A stretch of 40,574 bases of DNA from Octopus sinensis. Its lineage: Eukaryota. The stretch covers positions 1 through 40,574 of the forward strand of contig NW_021835398.1 of NCBI RefSeq assembly GCF_006345805.1. Reading direction: 5' to 3'. Positions 1 through 11,906 of the stretch are shown here, piece by piece (within the stretch, counting starts at the first letter, position 1; every line of letters begins with the position of its first letter). The notes below the pieces were generated by a model, which saw only the letters and a program-made list of their open reading frames with translations, had not been told where the DNA came from and did not search any database. Made by a program: the position numbers and the translations under genes.

Positions 1-234
1 TGTCTGTGTGTGTGTCTGTGTGTCTGTTACGAATGTCTATCTTCGTTTATCTGAACGTACCAATGTTTCTTTTATACATTGTTACAATATCTTTTTAAAA
101 GCTAGTTTATTTTTCCCTTCCATACGCATTATAATTGAAAGCTATCGTATGTTTTATTATAACGTAGAGCGGAAAGCTGGTGCAATCGTCAGTACGCCTT
201 CACCTTAGCACGTCTCCCAATTCGTTCTCCCAAT

Positions 235-446
235 TGCAGCGTGGAAGGTATTTATAAGCCATTTAGGAAACACGAAAACCGTTAGATTCACTTCAAACAT
301 TTAATGCAGCACGGAATTTTGTTAGTGAACAGGTTGCGGTCTCAAAGCGATGAAAATATTTTGGAAAATTAAATTTAAATGTTGAAGTGAATCTAACGGT
401 TTTTGTGTGTTTCTTAAATGGCTTATAAACACCTTCCACGCTGCAA
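235..446. mobile_element. MITE-like element with ~70-bp terminal inverted repeats
   Basis: 235-304 (ttgcagcgtggaaggtatttataagccatttaggaaacacgaaaaccgttagattcacttcaaacatttaa) is a near-perfect reverse complement of 375-446, with a ~70-bp spacer. No clear TSD seen. Confidence 0.8.
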
Positions 447-1039
447 CATAGATCTAGACAAATCGAAAGGTGGAGATCAAAGTCCAATGACACGAAGCTT
501 CGCCATCCTGCAATGTTTGGCGGATCTTCTATTAACTCGGCCAGTCACGCGGTCAAAAGCAGTTAACTCACTTTTAAATCACAACGTACAGTCTTACATA
601 AACGATGTAGATATTTGATAATGTGATGATAGACGCACAGTCATGAAAAGGGAAAACGAAAAGATAAATAAAAACGAGATAGTTATGGGCGAAAACGCAT
701 CTGTTTGATTGGATATGATCCGGCGGTAAGATAACAAAACATCACCAACGACGAAGACGACGACGGCAACGATTGCGATACTTTTTTATTTCTTGTGCAG
801 CCTCTCCGTACCATAATGCTTATTTTTTTTTATTGCTTGGAAGAACCGAGCCATTTAAACGTCTTTGCTATAAGCAAATTGATACACTATTAAATCGACC
901 AGGTGTAAGTCTCATTTCGGTTCCGAATCTGTGTATTTTCTTTACACCCTTTCAACAAACAACATGGCGTAGTGTGTCTAGCATCGACATAACTCACATA
1001 TTCACGTATGCTTGAACAGATGCATGCGCTCATACGATT

Positions 1040-1131
1040 ACAAACATTTTCTCTCTCTCTCTCTCTGTGTCCCTCTCTCTCACTGTCTCTTTCTCTCTCA
1101 CTCTCTCTGTACACACACACACAAATATATA

Positions 1132-1197
<66 letters not shown>

Positions 1198-1230
1198 GTA
1201 TATGTATGTATATGTATATATAAATACATA
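1040..1230. repeat. Compound microsatellite (CT)n-(CA)n-(TA)n-(TATG)n
   Basis: Directly visible; explains ORFs 890-1249, 1008-1223, 1012-1278 and 1067-1264. Confidence 0.95.
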
Positions 1231-1789
1231 CATAATCATGACACAACATTTATATATCTCTTAAAAAAACACCAGTAAAGTGTGTCGTTTAAAAAAAACT
1301 GATGAATCATGCCTGTTATTTATTTAACATTCTATATCGAGTTATTTAAAACAGAAGCAGAGACTTGTAATTTTTTTCTTATTATTAAAACCAACAAACC
1401 GACAAATTACAAACTTAGCATTACAAACCTTTTAGTACTACAAATTTGCAATGGTAGGACGCGTGCAAGACACAAACACACACACATATGTATGTAAATT
1501 ATGTATGCATTTTTGCGTGTGGATATTTGATATGATTTCACTAAACCGTTTAATTCCGTACCATATTGCACAGCTCCAAATATCTTAAGTTATTATCTTT
1601 TGTCTTTCAGGATCACTGCCTCAAGGCATGTTTAGTCTAGAAAATCGATCCAAGTATTTACTGATATATTATCTGTCCATCGCTTTTGCCGAACCGCTAG
1701 ACAATAAATTAAACAACCTAAAACATTAGTTCTCAAGGAGTAACCACAAAGACACACACACATATATATCGTAAATCCCAAAAAGAAGA

Positions 1790-1965
1790 GCAAACACAAA
1801 ACAACAACAACGCCAGGACGTAGTACATGCAAAGTATTAGCAGATGCTTAGGGAGGTAACGAAAAGTGATTTAACGTTTCGAGCAAACGTTCTTCTTCGG
1901 AAACAGGAAATTCCAATAGAAAGAAAGACGGAGGAAGACAATCACCAGCGATTCACATGTACTTA
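1790..1965 (-). mobile_element. Penelope-like terminal fragment with degenerate hammerhead-like motif (family 2)
   Basis: Minus strand of 1870-1903 reads tttccgaagaagaacgtttgctcgaaacgttaaa; flanks resemble 23420-23600. Confidence 0.5.
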
Positions 1966-1986
1966 CACACACATACACGCGCGCGC

Positions 1987-2034
<48 letters not shown>

Positions 2035-2124
2035 ACACCACACACACACACATGAGCATGTACATACATTTTTATTAATGACGAAAGCATGGAACTCTTC
2101 CATTCAGAATGTATGTGAGGAGAC

Positions 2125-2450
2125 CTGGTCATGAATGACCATGGGATTGCACCCAGAAAGTTCCCCTCCGAGGCACAAGTTCGGGCAAGGTTGTTTGTGG
2201 AAGACCAGCAATCTTCCATGCATACCAGCCTCTCCTCTCCACACCACTGATGTTATCCAAGGGAAAGGCAAAGACCGATACAGCTTGGCACCAGTGATGT
2301 CACAACTCATTTCTACAGCTGAGTGAACTGGAGCAATGTGACATAAAGTACTTTGCTCAAGAACGCAACTCGTGGCCCGGTCAGGGATTCGAACTCACAA
2401 CCTCACGATCATAAGCTCGATACTCTAACCACTGAGCCATGCGCCTTCAC
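2125..2450 (-). mobile_element. tRNA-derived SINE (SINE-C variant 1, CORE-like centre)
   Basis: Minus strand starts gtgaaggcgcatggctcagtggttagag (A box) then gagttcgaatccc (B box), followed by ttcttgagcaaag...cacattgctccagttcactcagctg, shared with 21070-21301. The CORE label is from recollection. Confidence 0.8.
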
Positions 2451-2639
2451 TGAATGTATGCATACCTACATATATACATACATATATGCATACGTTTAAA
2501 TGCATGCACGCACACACACATATATATAGACACGCGCACACACACACATGTATATACATATATATACGTATATAAGTGTATATATGTGTGTGTATGTGTG
2601 TGTGTGTGTGTGTTTGTGTATAGTTGAAATTTACAGAAG

Positions 2640-2735
2640 AACCAAAGACGAAGACAGGTGTATAAACAAGCTCGGGAAGGTGAGAAAGTCTTTTACGTTT
2701 CGAGCCTACGCTCTTCAACAAAAAGGAACACGATG
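2640..2735 (-). mobile_element. Penelope-like terminal fragment with hammerhead-like motif (family 2)
   Basis: Reverse complement of 2690-2725 is ctttttgttgaagagcgtaggctcgaaacgtaaaag, nearly identical to 34484-34519. Confidence 0.6.
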
Positions 2736-2919
2736 AAATAGACAGAGAGAGAATTGAGGGAGGGAGATAGATAGATAGATAGAGAGAGAGAGAATTGAGG
2801 GAGGGAGATAAAGAGAGAGAGAGAGAGAGACATACATATATTCATACATACCCTCATACGTATATGGTGAATGCTTTATCTGCACATATGATTGTATACT
2901 TTCTGTATTCATACACACG

Positions 2920-2997
2920 TACATACATACATACATACATACATACATACATACATACATACATACATACATACATACATACATACATACATACATA
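2920..2997. repeat. (ACAT)n tetranucleotide microsatellite, ~19 units
   Basis: Directly visible. Confidence 0.95.
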
Positions 2998-4580
2998 AAT
3001 GCATACATATTTATATGTATTACGCGTGGGTGTACGTGCGAGTGCGGGTGTGTACAAAACAATCAAAACAAATATTTATTTATATTTTGCATGTTTATTT
3101 TTTATTTCATTTTCCCTTTTAATTTCTAATTACACATGCAGGAATTTCGTTGACGGCTTCTTGTTTATATTTTCAATGGCAATCGGCATGACGTTGAAAG
3201 TCAAGTCTGGTCCCACTGGGAAAGTCATTTAGCAAATAATGAAGTGTCTCTATCGTATAATTATAGATTCATTAAAATAATAGGGAAAAGGCTATCACAG
3301 CTTCTATCTCCTGCTTTTCACTTTCTGTCTCTCAACCATCATCTCTGTACATCTCTCTCTCTCACACATAATTTTTGCACTGCCATTTCCCCCACTCATT
3401 GAACTCAAATTCTACAAAGACAATGTCATGCTTTTAAACCTTAAGAGTTTGTTTTGTTCTCAAATTGGGTTGCATGCCTCTCTCTCTAATAGTTTTCGAC
3501 ATAATTTAACTTATACAATTGTTTTTTTTTTCTTGTCTATCATGTAAATATTTTATTTAATGTTATTTATGTATTTATTTACAGCAGATCTAATCTACTG
3601 GTATAGAAAACATCGGAATAAAACAATAATAAAGAAGATAAAACAATATATTTAAAACAATCACTTTTTAATCTTTCATTCATCACCTCCCAAAAGATTG
3701 GTTGTTAAAGCTTCACCTCTGCAAAACATTTCTGTTTGTTTTTGATAATAACGAAAATATATTCTTCAGCACGAATATGGTAACAAGTTTAATTCATAAT
3801 TTTTTAAAAGTATTTTACAATTTATTTTCTCAATAATATTTTCTTGTTTTGCTTTTATCATTAATTTCACTGGGAATTTAAAATATATAAAAAGAAAATT
3901 GTTTTCGCCAACTGATATGCTAGAAAAGTGATGAATGTGTAAAAATTAACTTTTCTTGTTTTTAATAATTTCCTATGAAAATTTTGTTTGATTGTTTTTA
4001 GTACATTTTATATAATTTATTTCGGGTTTTAGTGTGAATATTAATTTTACTTGTGAAAAGACAACAAATGATGACATTCCAACTGAATGTTCCCTTTTCA
4101 CTGTCCCAATTTCCATCAAGTATTTTAATTGTTTCTTTATTAAATATGAAAATTAGAATATTAGGTGAATGTGAGGTGCGATGGGGAAAATCTCTTATCT
4201 AGAATCCAATTATTTTTGCATACTTCACAAACTTATATGGTATATGTGAGTAACTATGTGTTTGAGTAGGAGTTTAATTGTGTGTATGTGTATATATATG
4301 TGTGTATGTGTGCGTGGGTGTGTGTGTGCGTGTTTGTGTGTGTGTGTATATATATATATATGTATAAGTATATACATATACATACACATATATGTGTATG
4401 TACTCACACATGTATGTGTGAGTGTATATTTATATATATATATATATATATATACATAGTTCCTTGAAGAGAAAGGCATAGATAGAGAGAGAGGGGGGAG
4501 AGAGAGAGAGAGAGAGAAAGAGATAAATAGATAGATACAGGTATATAGACATATACATATATATACATACATATATACTC

Positions 4581-4855
4581 ATTTATTTATTTCAGTCATT
4601 AGACTAAGGTCAAGCTAGGATACTGTCTTAAAGGGTTTAGTGGGACCAACACGAACTAAAAGATGCACACACACGCGCACACACACAGACACACACGCGC
4701 GCACTCACACATATACATGTATGCATATGCATCTACATGTGAAAGGCTTCTTTCAGTTTCTGTCTAAGGAATCTACTCACAAGTTTCTATTTGGTCCGGG
4801 TCTACAGTAGGAGACACTTTCCCAAGGTGACACGCAACAGGACCGAAACCCGGAA
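4581..4855 (-). mobile_element. Degenerate SINE-A
   Basis: tttcagtcattagact tail remnant and ggcttctttcagtttctgtct...cccaaggtgacacgca head remnant match intact copies (13720, 38746). Confidence 0.6.
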
Positions 4856-5224
4856 TATTGAGTATTCTTTTTGTTTAGCGCGAAATTATTTTTCTAATAA
4901 CGCGACACAGTGCGCTGAATTGGAAGAATTTTTAGCAGGCCGGACAAAAAGATTAATAAATCCTTTTTATGATATTTAAAATGCCTGAAATTTGGAGGAT
5001 GTGGAAAGTTGCTCGTTGATTATATTGATCGCAACTGTTCAACTGGTACTTTATTTTATCGAGCAGAGAAAGGATGAAGAACAAAGTTGACCTAGAAGGG
5101 ATTTCAGCTCACAGCATAAGGACGTGGAATAAAAATCACCACACATGGTTTCCAAGACGCTACCCATTCCATATGTTCGCCGCTACAACTTGTTTTTAAC
5201 ACTAACGTTAATTCTCGACTAATA

Positions 5225-5435
5225 TTCCTTTCTACTATTGACACAGGGCTTGAAATTTCTGGTGGGGGTAACTATTCGGTTATATCGCCCCAGTGTTTCA
5301 CTGGTACTTAATGTATCGACCCCGAAAGGATGAAAGGCAAAGTCAACCACTTCGGAATTTGAATTTAGAATGTAAGACGGACGAATTACCGCTAAGCATT
5401 TTATCCGGCATACTAACGACCCTACCAGCTCGCCG
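5225..5435 (-). mobile_element. SINE-B monomer
   Basis: actggtacttaatgtatcgaccccgaaaggatgaaaggcaaagtcaacc...accgctaagcatt...ccagctcgccgc is the reverse complement of the head and centre seen at 28962 and 37565. Confidence 0.8.
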
Positions 5436-5751
5436 CTCTAAATTCTCGACTGCTAAATTTCGAGAGACGTTTACAATTTTATATATGAAACAGAATTTCA
5501 TTTTGCTTGTCAAGGTGACTGTTTAAATCATACGCTTTTAGCATTAAATATTGAAGAAAATTAACGATATAATCGAAATCTTTAGAATAATTAACCATGT
5601 TCGCTCATTAGATATTGGAAAAAAAAATCGAACCTTCAACAATTTCATGAAAATCTATAAATTTTGGTACCAACATAGAAGCAAAAACATTTCGAGACTG
5701 TGAAATTTCCATGAGAGTCGGTAGAGGAATATTAATACCATTTCGTTAAGC

Positions 5752-6115
5752 CTTTACTCATTTCAGTCTTTGGTTTGCGGCCATGCTGGAGCACAACCTT
5801 GAAGGGTTTTAGTCGACTCCAGGAAATATATTAAGTCTCGTACTTATTCTGTTAGATCTTATTTACTGAACCGCTAAGTTTGTTTGATGTAAACAAACCA
5901 ACATCGGTCGACAATTAGTGTGAGGACAAACACAAACAGAAAGACACGTGCGCACACGCACATACATGTATGTGTACGATGGACTTCCACGCAGTATCTG
6001 TTTATTAAAGTTGCTCACAACGCATTGGTCGGCTCGAGGTTGTGGCAAGAAGACACTTGCTCAAGGATATGCGCAGTAAGGCTTAACCCAAAACCACGTT
6101 GTTGTAAAACAAGCC
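5752..6115 (-). mobile_element. SINE-A, degenerate
   Basis: gcggccatgctggagcac tail; gaaccgctaagtt; ggtcggctcgaggttgtggcaagaagacacttgctcaagg. Confidence 0.75.
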
Positions 6116-7026
6116 TCAGAACGAGAGTTTATTCAAGTTGGATAGGATGACTTTTGAGGACGAAAATGAGGAGGGTTTCTCGAAACCAGAAGCCTCATCG
6201 GAATACTTGCAATAAAAGCCATCCAAGCTAAAGACAACCAAATACCTGGTGGTGACGTATACTCGCGTGAAAGGTTAAATGAGAATGCATAGCACATCTA
6301 TATATACCGTGAGAGCCCTCGTTCTGTTTCCTTATCGGCCTCAAAAAATGAAAAGCAAAGCTGACCTCAGCGAGATTTGAAACCAGTGCACCGAGTATCA
6401 GAAGAAATTGTGCAAAACATTTTCTTCTATGCAGTTACGAGTCTTCTAAAGGATTCAAGAAAACAATTATCCCACATATAAAAGCGATTTTACACCTACT
6501 CTTATCTTTTATCTCTTACTTGTTACAGTCATTAGACTGTGGCCATGCTGGAGCACATTCAAATCCGGCCTACACAGCTAGACAGATAAAACTAACCTGA
6601 GTAACATTTGGAAACATAGCGCAGCGTGTCAAAACACAGACTGCAAGACGTTTAATCCTACGCACCAACGACGAGTTTGCTAAGGGATACATAGAAAAAA
6701 AAAAAAAAGATTGTTCCACATCTAAAACTAGTTTGGCATCTGTTTATATCCAAATCCGACATACACAACTGCTGATCGATCATGTTGTTACAGCAAATAC
6801 TGCAAAATAAATACAAGGAAAATACCAAAGCGTTACGTTCAGACTGGATACCAAAACGCTGAAAGCCGTTAGAAATAGAAAAATACAAAAAAAAAAAAAA
6901 ATAAAGCATTCCTAAAAATTTGCCCAAGGAATGGTTCTTAGTGTTGTCTGAATACCAAGGTGTTTTGCTGAAATAATTTTAAATGTTTATTCCAGTTGTT
7001 TGCCGCATGGAAAACAGCAACACTTT

Positions 7027-7084
7027 AATAAGCATTATTGTTTTATTGTCATCATCATCATCATCATCATCATCATTATCATCA

Positions 7085-7142
<58 letters not shown>

Positions 7143-7290
7143 CATCATCACCATCATCATAATTTTCATTTTTATTATTAATTGATATATTTTATGCTAT
7201 TCGTTTATCATTGCTATTATTCTTTTGTTATTTCATAATTATTATTTCATTATATTATTAATATTATTATCATTATTATTATTATTGTTG
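7027..7290. repeat. (ATC)n-(ATT)n compound trinucleotide tract
   Basis: Directly visible; gives the poly-Ile ORF 7000-7185. Confidence 0.9.
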
Positions 7291-7654
7291 CCTTTTATTG
7301 TTTTGGTTTTGGTTTTGATTTTATAATATCAATTTTGTTTCTTTACTTTTTTTATTTATTTATTCAATTTCCATGGCTTACAACTGTAGGCAAGGTGATT
7401 ATAATTATCAGCTAAAATAATTTCCACATGGTCAGGCCTGCTTTCCAGCAGCCGCTCCGGTTTCGTTCCTGCCTTACAACACCCTCTTAACTTAATACCC
7501 TAAAACACTAATGGCGTTATTCTATATTGTCGAGTGGACAATTAATTTTTAATCAGTTCCGTACTTAGTTTCCCATGCCCCCGCCCCCTAATGATATTTA
7601 TTTTGTGCAATATTTGTGCGTTCTTTACTTCAGTGTACGCGTTTTTATTATAAG

Positions 7655-7990
7655 CATAATCGTCATCATCTTCATTATCATCATCATCATCGATATTACC
7701 GTCATCGGCAATACTGTTGTCATCGTAATCATCATCATCATCATCCTCATCATCATCGTCGCCAACATCATCATCATTATAGTCATCATCGTCATCGTTG
7801 TCACCGCCGTTGTAATCATCATCAGCATCATCATCGTCATCACAGTCGTCATCAGCAGCATCATTGACTTCATCATCATCATCATCATCATCATCATAAT
7901 CCTCATCATCACTACTTCCTCAAACACTGCAACCACCTTTTCCGCCTCTTTCTCAATCATAATCAACATCATCATCGCCATTATCATCGT
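7655..7990. repeat. Degenerate (ATC/GTC)n trinucleotide mosaic
   Basis: Directly visible; gives poly-Ile/Val, poly-His and poly-Met ORFs. Confidence 0.85.
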
Positions 7991-8248
7991 TCCGAATCTC
8001 TCACTCAAACAGACACACATACACACACACACACATACAAACACAGACACAAATCCATCCGACCTCCTCATTTCTTTCCCCCCACCTACCCACTACTTCC
8101 CTATTTCAAAACTGCTCTACACGATTGCATTCTATTTACATAACGATATCCAGACTGACACACATATGGACATTCCCACTCCACTCAACACAAACACAAA
8201 TATACACATACTTATGTGTGTGTGTGTGTGTGTTTGTATGTGTGTGTT

Positions 8249-8412
8249 GGCTCGTGGCTTAGTGGTAAGCGCGTTGCACTCATGATAACGAGATTACGGT
8301 TAGGATTCCTGGACTTGCGTTGCGTTGTTGAGTAACGGAAACTTCGCCTAACGTTGCTCCAGAGCATTGTGAGTAATCCTGCGACGGATCGGCATCCTAT
8401 CTGAAGGAGGGG
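8249..8412 (+). mobile_element. Degenerate tRNA-derived SINE (SINE-C variant 3)
   Basis: ggctcgtggcttagtggtaag (A box), ggttaggattcc (degenerate B box), aacgttgctccag shared with other SINE-C copies, then a different body. Confidence 0.55.
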
Positions 8413-8519
8413 CAATATATATATATATGTATATATATATGTGTGTGTGTGCATGTGTGTGTGTGTGTTTGTCTGTGAGTGTTTGTGTGTGTGTGTCTGT
8501 ATACATACATACATATATA

Positions 8520-8551
8520 TTTTTATATATATATTTATATATTATATATAT

Positions 8552-8641
<90 letters not shown>
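8520..8641. repeat. (TA)n microsatellite, ~120 bp
   Basis: Directly visible. Confidence 0.95.
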
Positions 8642-8644
<3 letters not shown>

Positions 8645-8745
8645 CAGGTAACTACTTGATAAATTTAAGCACCTGTATAGGTGATAGGATATATGTATCA
8701 AAGGAAAAGCAAAATCCTTTGCGTCCTGTTTTTCTTTTGATATAA

Positions 8746-9768
8746 TCGTCGCTAGAGATTAAAAAACATAAACTCCAAAACAACATGATATCTATCATCA
8801 ATAGTCAGAGAAGAGTTGAAGAGGCCTGGGCCATTGAGAAGATCAAACTTAATCCCAAAGTGTTCTTTTCATTTGCAAAAAAACATAGAGACACTGGTTT
8901 TACTGTTGGCCCCCTGATTGATGAAAATGGTACTCATCAAGACAATGCCAAAACCATGGGAGAGATATTGCAGAAACAATATTGCTCTGTTTTCAGCAAT
9001 ACCGATATGACTGATCTGGGCTGTATCAGTGATGTTACTCCCCAATACACTTTATCGGACATAACCTTTGGCGCTCCTGATGTCTTAGCAGCAATAAAGG
9101 AAATGAAGCACAATTCAGCAGTAGATCCCGATAAGTTCCCTGCTTGTGTCTTGCACCAACTTGCACCCCCTCTAGCCAATCTGTGGCGGAACTCACTGGA
9201 TGCTGGATATATACCAGAAGACCTTCTATCCCAGTCTGTTGTCCCAGTTTTCAAAAAAGGAAACAAATCGCTTGCCGTGAATTACCGTCCAATCTCACTC
9301 ACTTCTCATATCATTAAGGTATTTGAGAGAGTGGTGAGATCGCGTATGACTCATTTCCTTGAGAGTCATAATATGCTGAACTCCAACCAGCATGGATTCC
9401 GTAATGGAAGAGATTGCCTGACGCAGCTACTGCATCATTTTGATGACATTTTGAGAGCCTTGGGAGAGGGTTCCAACACTGATGTCATCTACCTTGATTT
9501 CAACAAGGCCTTTGACAGGGTTGATCATAAGATCCTTTGGAGAAAGCTGTCTAATATTGGTGTCACTGAAAAGCTACTGCAGTGGATCAAGTGCTTCCTG
9601 TCTAACAGAACCCAACATGTTGTAGTCGAAGGAGTCAAATCCAGCCCAGCCAAAGTCAGCAGTGGTGTCCCACAAGGCACTGTGTTGGGCTCAATTCTCT
9701 TCATCATCTACATTAATGATATTACTGACACCATCAAACACAGTAACATCAGAACCTTCGCTGATGAT
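8746..9768 (+). mobile_element. Non-LTR retrotransposon (CR1/L2/Jockey group) ORF2 fragment, reverse transcriptase, truncated at both ends
   Basis: Stop-free frame of ~340 codons with NYRPISLTS..KVFERVV, NQHGFR, DVIYLDFNKAFDRVDH, SGVPQGTVLG and FADD motifs. Homology stops at FADD; the rest of ORF 8785-10005 is microsatellite translation. Confidence 0.93.
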
Positions 9769-9991
9769 GGCGACGACAATGATAACGATGTGCGTGTAAT
9801 TGTGTGCGCTTACGTGTGTTTGCCCGTGTATATACGTATGTATATGCATATACAACAACACCATACATATCCAACATATGTTTTGATAACATGCATACAA
9901 ACACGTATATGTACATGCAAGCACGCACATACACATACACACACACATACACGAACGCGTGCGCGCACACACATACAAGTATATATATATT

Positions 9992-10388
9992 CGTTTCTAC
10001 TCTAGGCACAAAGCCCGAAATTTGGCGGGAGGGGACCTTTCGATCAAATCGATCGCAGTACGCAGCAAGTACTTAATTTATCGAACCCGAAAGGAAGAAA
10101 AGCAGAGTCGACCTCGGCAGAATTTGAACTTAGAATGTAAAGACAGACGAAATACCGCTAGGCATTTCGCCCGGCGTGTTAACGTTTCTTATTTCTTTAT
10201 TGCCCACAAGGGGCTAAACATGGAGGGGACAAACAAGGACAGACAAACGGATTAAGTCGGTTACATCGACCCCAGTACGTAACTGGTACTTAATTTATCG
10301 AGCCCGAAAGAATGAAACGCAAAGTCAACCTCGGCAGAATTTGAAGTGAGAACGTAAAGACAGACGAAATACCGCTAAGCATTTCGCC
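9992..10388 (-). mobile_element. SINE-B dimer
   Basis: Two copies of gtacttaatttatcga.cccgaaag...gtc.acctcggcagaatttgaa...gacagacgaaataccgcta.gcatttcgcc. Confidence 0.85.
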
Positions 10389-10738
10389 TTCAAGTATATG
10401 TACATTACAGAACTGTAATTGTATATAAGATCCACTGAGAATACGCCGTCAAGAAGTTATAATTATTCAACAATACCCCGTTAGCAATATTTACTGCAAC
10501 TCATTGACAAGCGTAAGTAACTCTAACACAATTAAGAAGACATTTCCTTAGAGTAATTACTAAGTTCATTGGACAACTTTTCTGAAAGACAAATTATGAT
10601 TGGTTCATTCAGAATTTTAATTTAGCGCTTCGTTTCAATAAATAAACTGTTGGAGCAAATAATTTAGGGAATAAGAACTTAATAAATGCTGATAAGCATT
10701 TTAATTACAGAATTATACATATGTGTATACAATATATA

Positions 10739-10852
10739 GGCACAGGAGTGGCTGTGTGGCAAGTAGCTTGCTTACCAACCACATGTTTCTGGGTTCAGTA
10801 CCACTGCGTGGTACCTTCAGCAAGTGTCGTCTACCATAGCCTCGGACCGACC

Positions 10853-10856
<4 letters not shown>
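10739..10856 (+). mobile_element. SINE-A 5' head, truncated into a (GATA)n array
   Basis: ggcacaggagtggctgtgtggcaagtagcttgcttaccaaccacatg...gggttcagtacc: Pol III A and B boxes. Confidence 0.85.

Positions 10857-10942
<86 letters not shown>
10856..10942. repeat. (GATA)n array, ~21 units
   Basis: Directly visible. Confidence 0.95.
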
Positions 10943-10943
<1 letters not shown>

Positions 10944-11519
10944 TAGGCATATCTATATGTGTATGTATATATTTATGTATACAACAAAAATAATATTTGT
11001 CTCTTATTATAGAAACAAAAAGGCTTATAGGACTGCAAAACAAGTGCTCAATTATATATGAGGCGAAGATAAATAAAAAAAAAGCATTGGTTATAGAACG
11101 AACATTAAATTTGGGTCAACGACTTTACATACAACACCACACTTCAAACATTTAATCATATATAAAAAAAACACCATGGTCTACAAACACATAAAAAAAT
11201 AATACATATACATAAAATCACAGAAGGTAAAGTATATATTCTAAGATACAAATAGAACGGCTTTTCAAAAGTTAAATATAACGACTAATGATTCAAAACT
11301 ACCAAAAACTCTAATGGACAAATATAAAATATATATATGTATATATGTATATATATGTATATGTATATATGTGTGTATGCGGGCATATATAGTTACTTAT
11401 ATATACATAAATATATACACAAGTATATACATATAAAAAAGTATACATGTATATATATATAGACACACACATAAGCATGTATATATGCATGAATAACATA
11501 TGTATATAATATATATATA

Positions 11520-11562
<43 letters not shown>

Positions 11563-11807
11563 ACACACCGCACAAACATGCACACACACACATAAACTAC
11601 GCTGGCGCACACACATATATGCGATGCGCAGGTACAAAAGAAAAAATGATAAATCTCTCTGCCTGTTATATCAATATTATACAAGTATTTGTGGTTTTCT
11701 CTAAATATACATATAAGCCAATGTTTTTGCAGATACAGAGAATTTGATGCTGTTTTTTTCCCACTGCATGTTCTCACAGAGAAGAAACCTCAAAACATAT
11801 GTACACA

Positions 11808-11841
<34 letters not shown>

Positions 11842-11872
11842 TGTATATATACATATATACATATATTATATA

Positions 11873-11906
<34 letters not shown>

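Noticed and set aside
2410-2450. tRNA-like sequences here and at 8249, 10739, 21260, 24669, 28962 and 39070
   Set aside because: They have A/B boxes but no complete cloverleaf or acceptor stem and continue into SINE bodies; they are SINE heads, not tRNA genes.
3300-4230. AT-rich stretch with protein-like pieces on the minus strand (e.g. ILDGNWDSEKGTFSWNVIICCLF)
   Set aside because: Multiple stops in all frames and no recognisable motif. It may be an ancient TE remnant or NUMT; BLASTX would be needed.
9769-10005. C-terminal extension of the 406-aa ORF after FADD
   Set aside because: Read-through into TA/CA low-complexity sequence; not RT.
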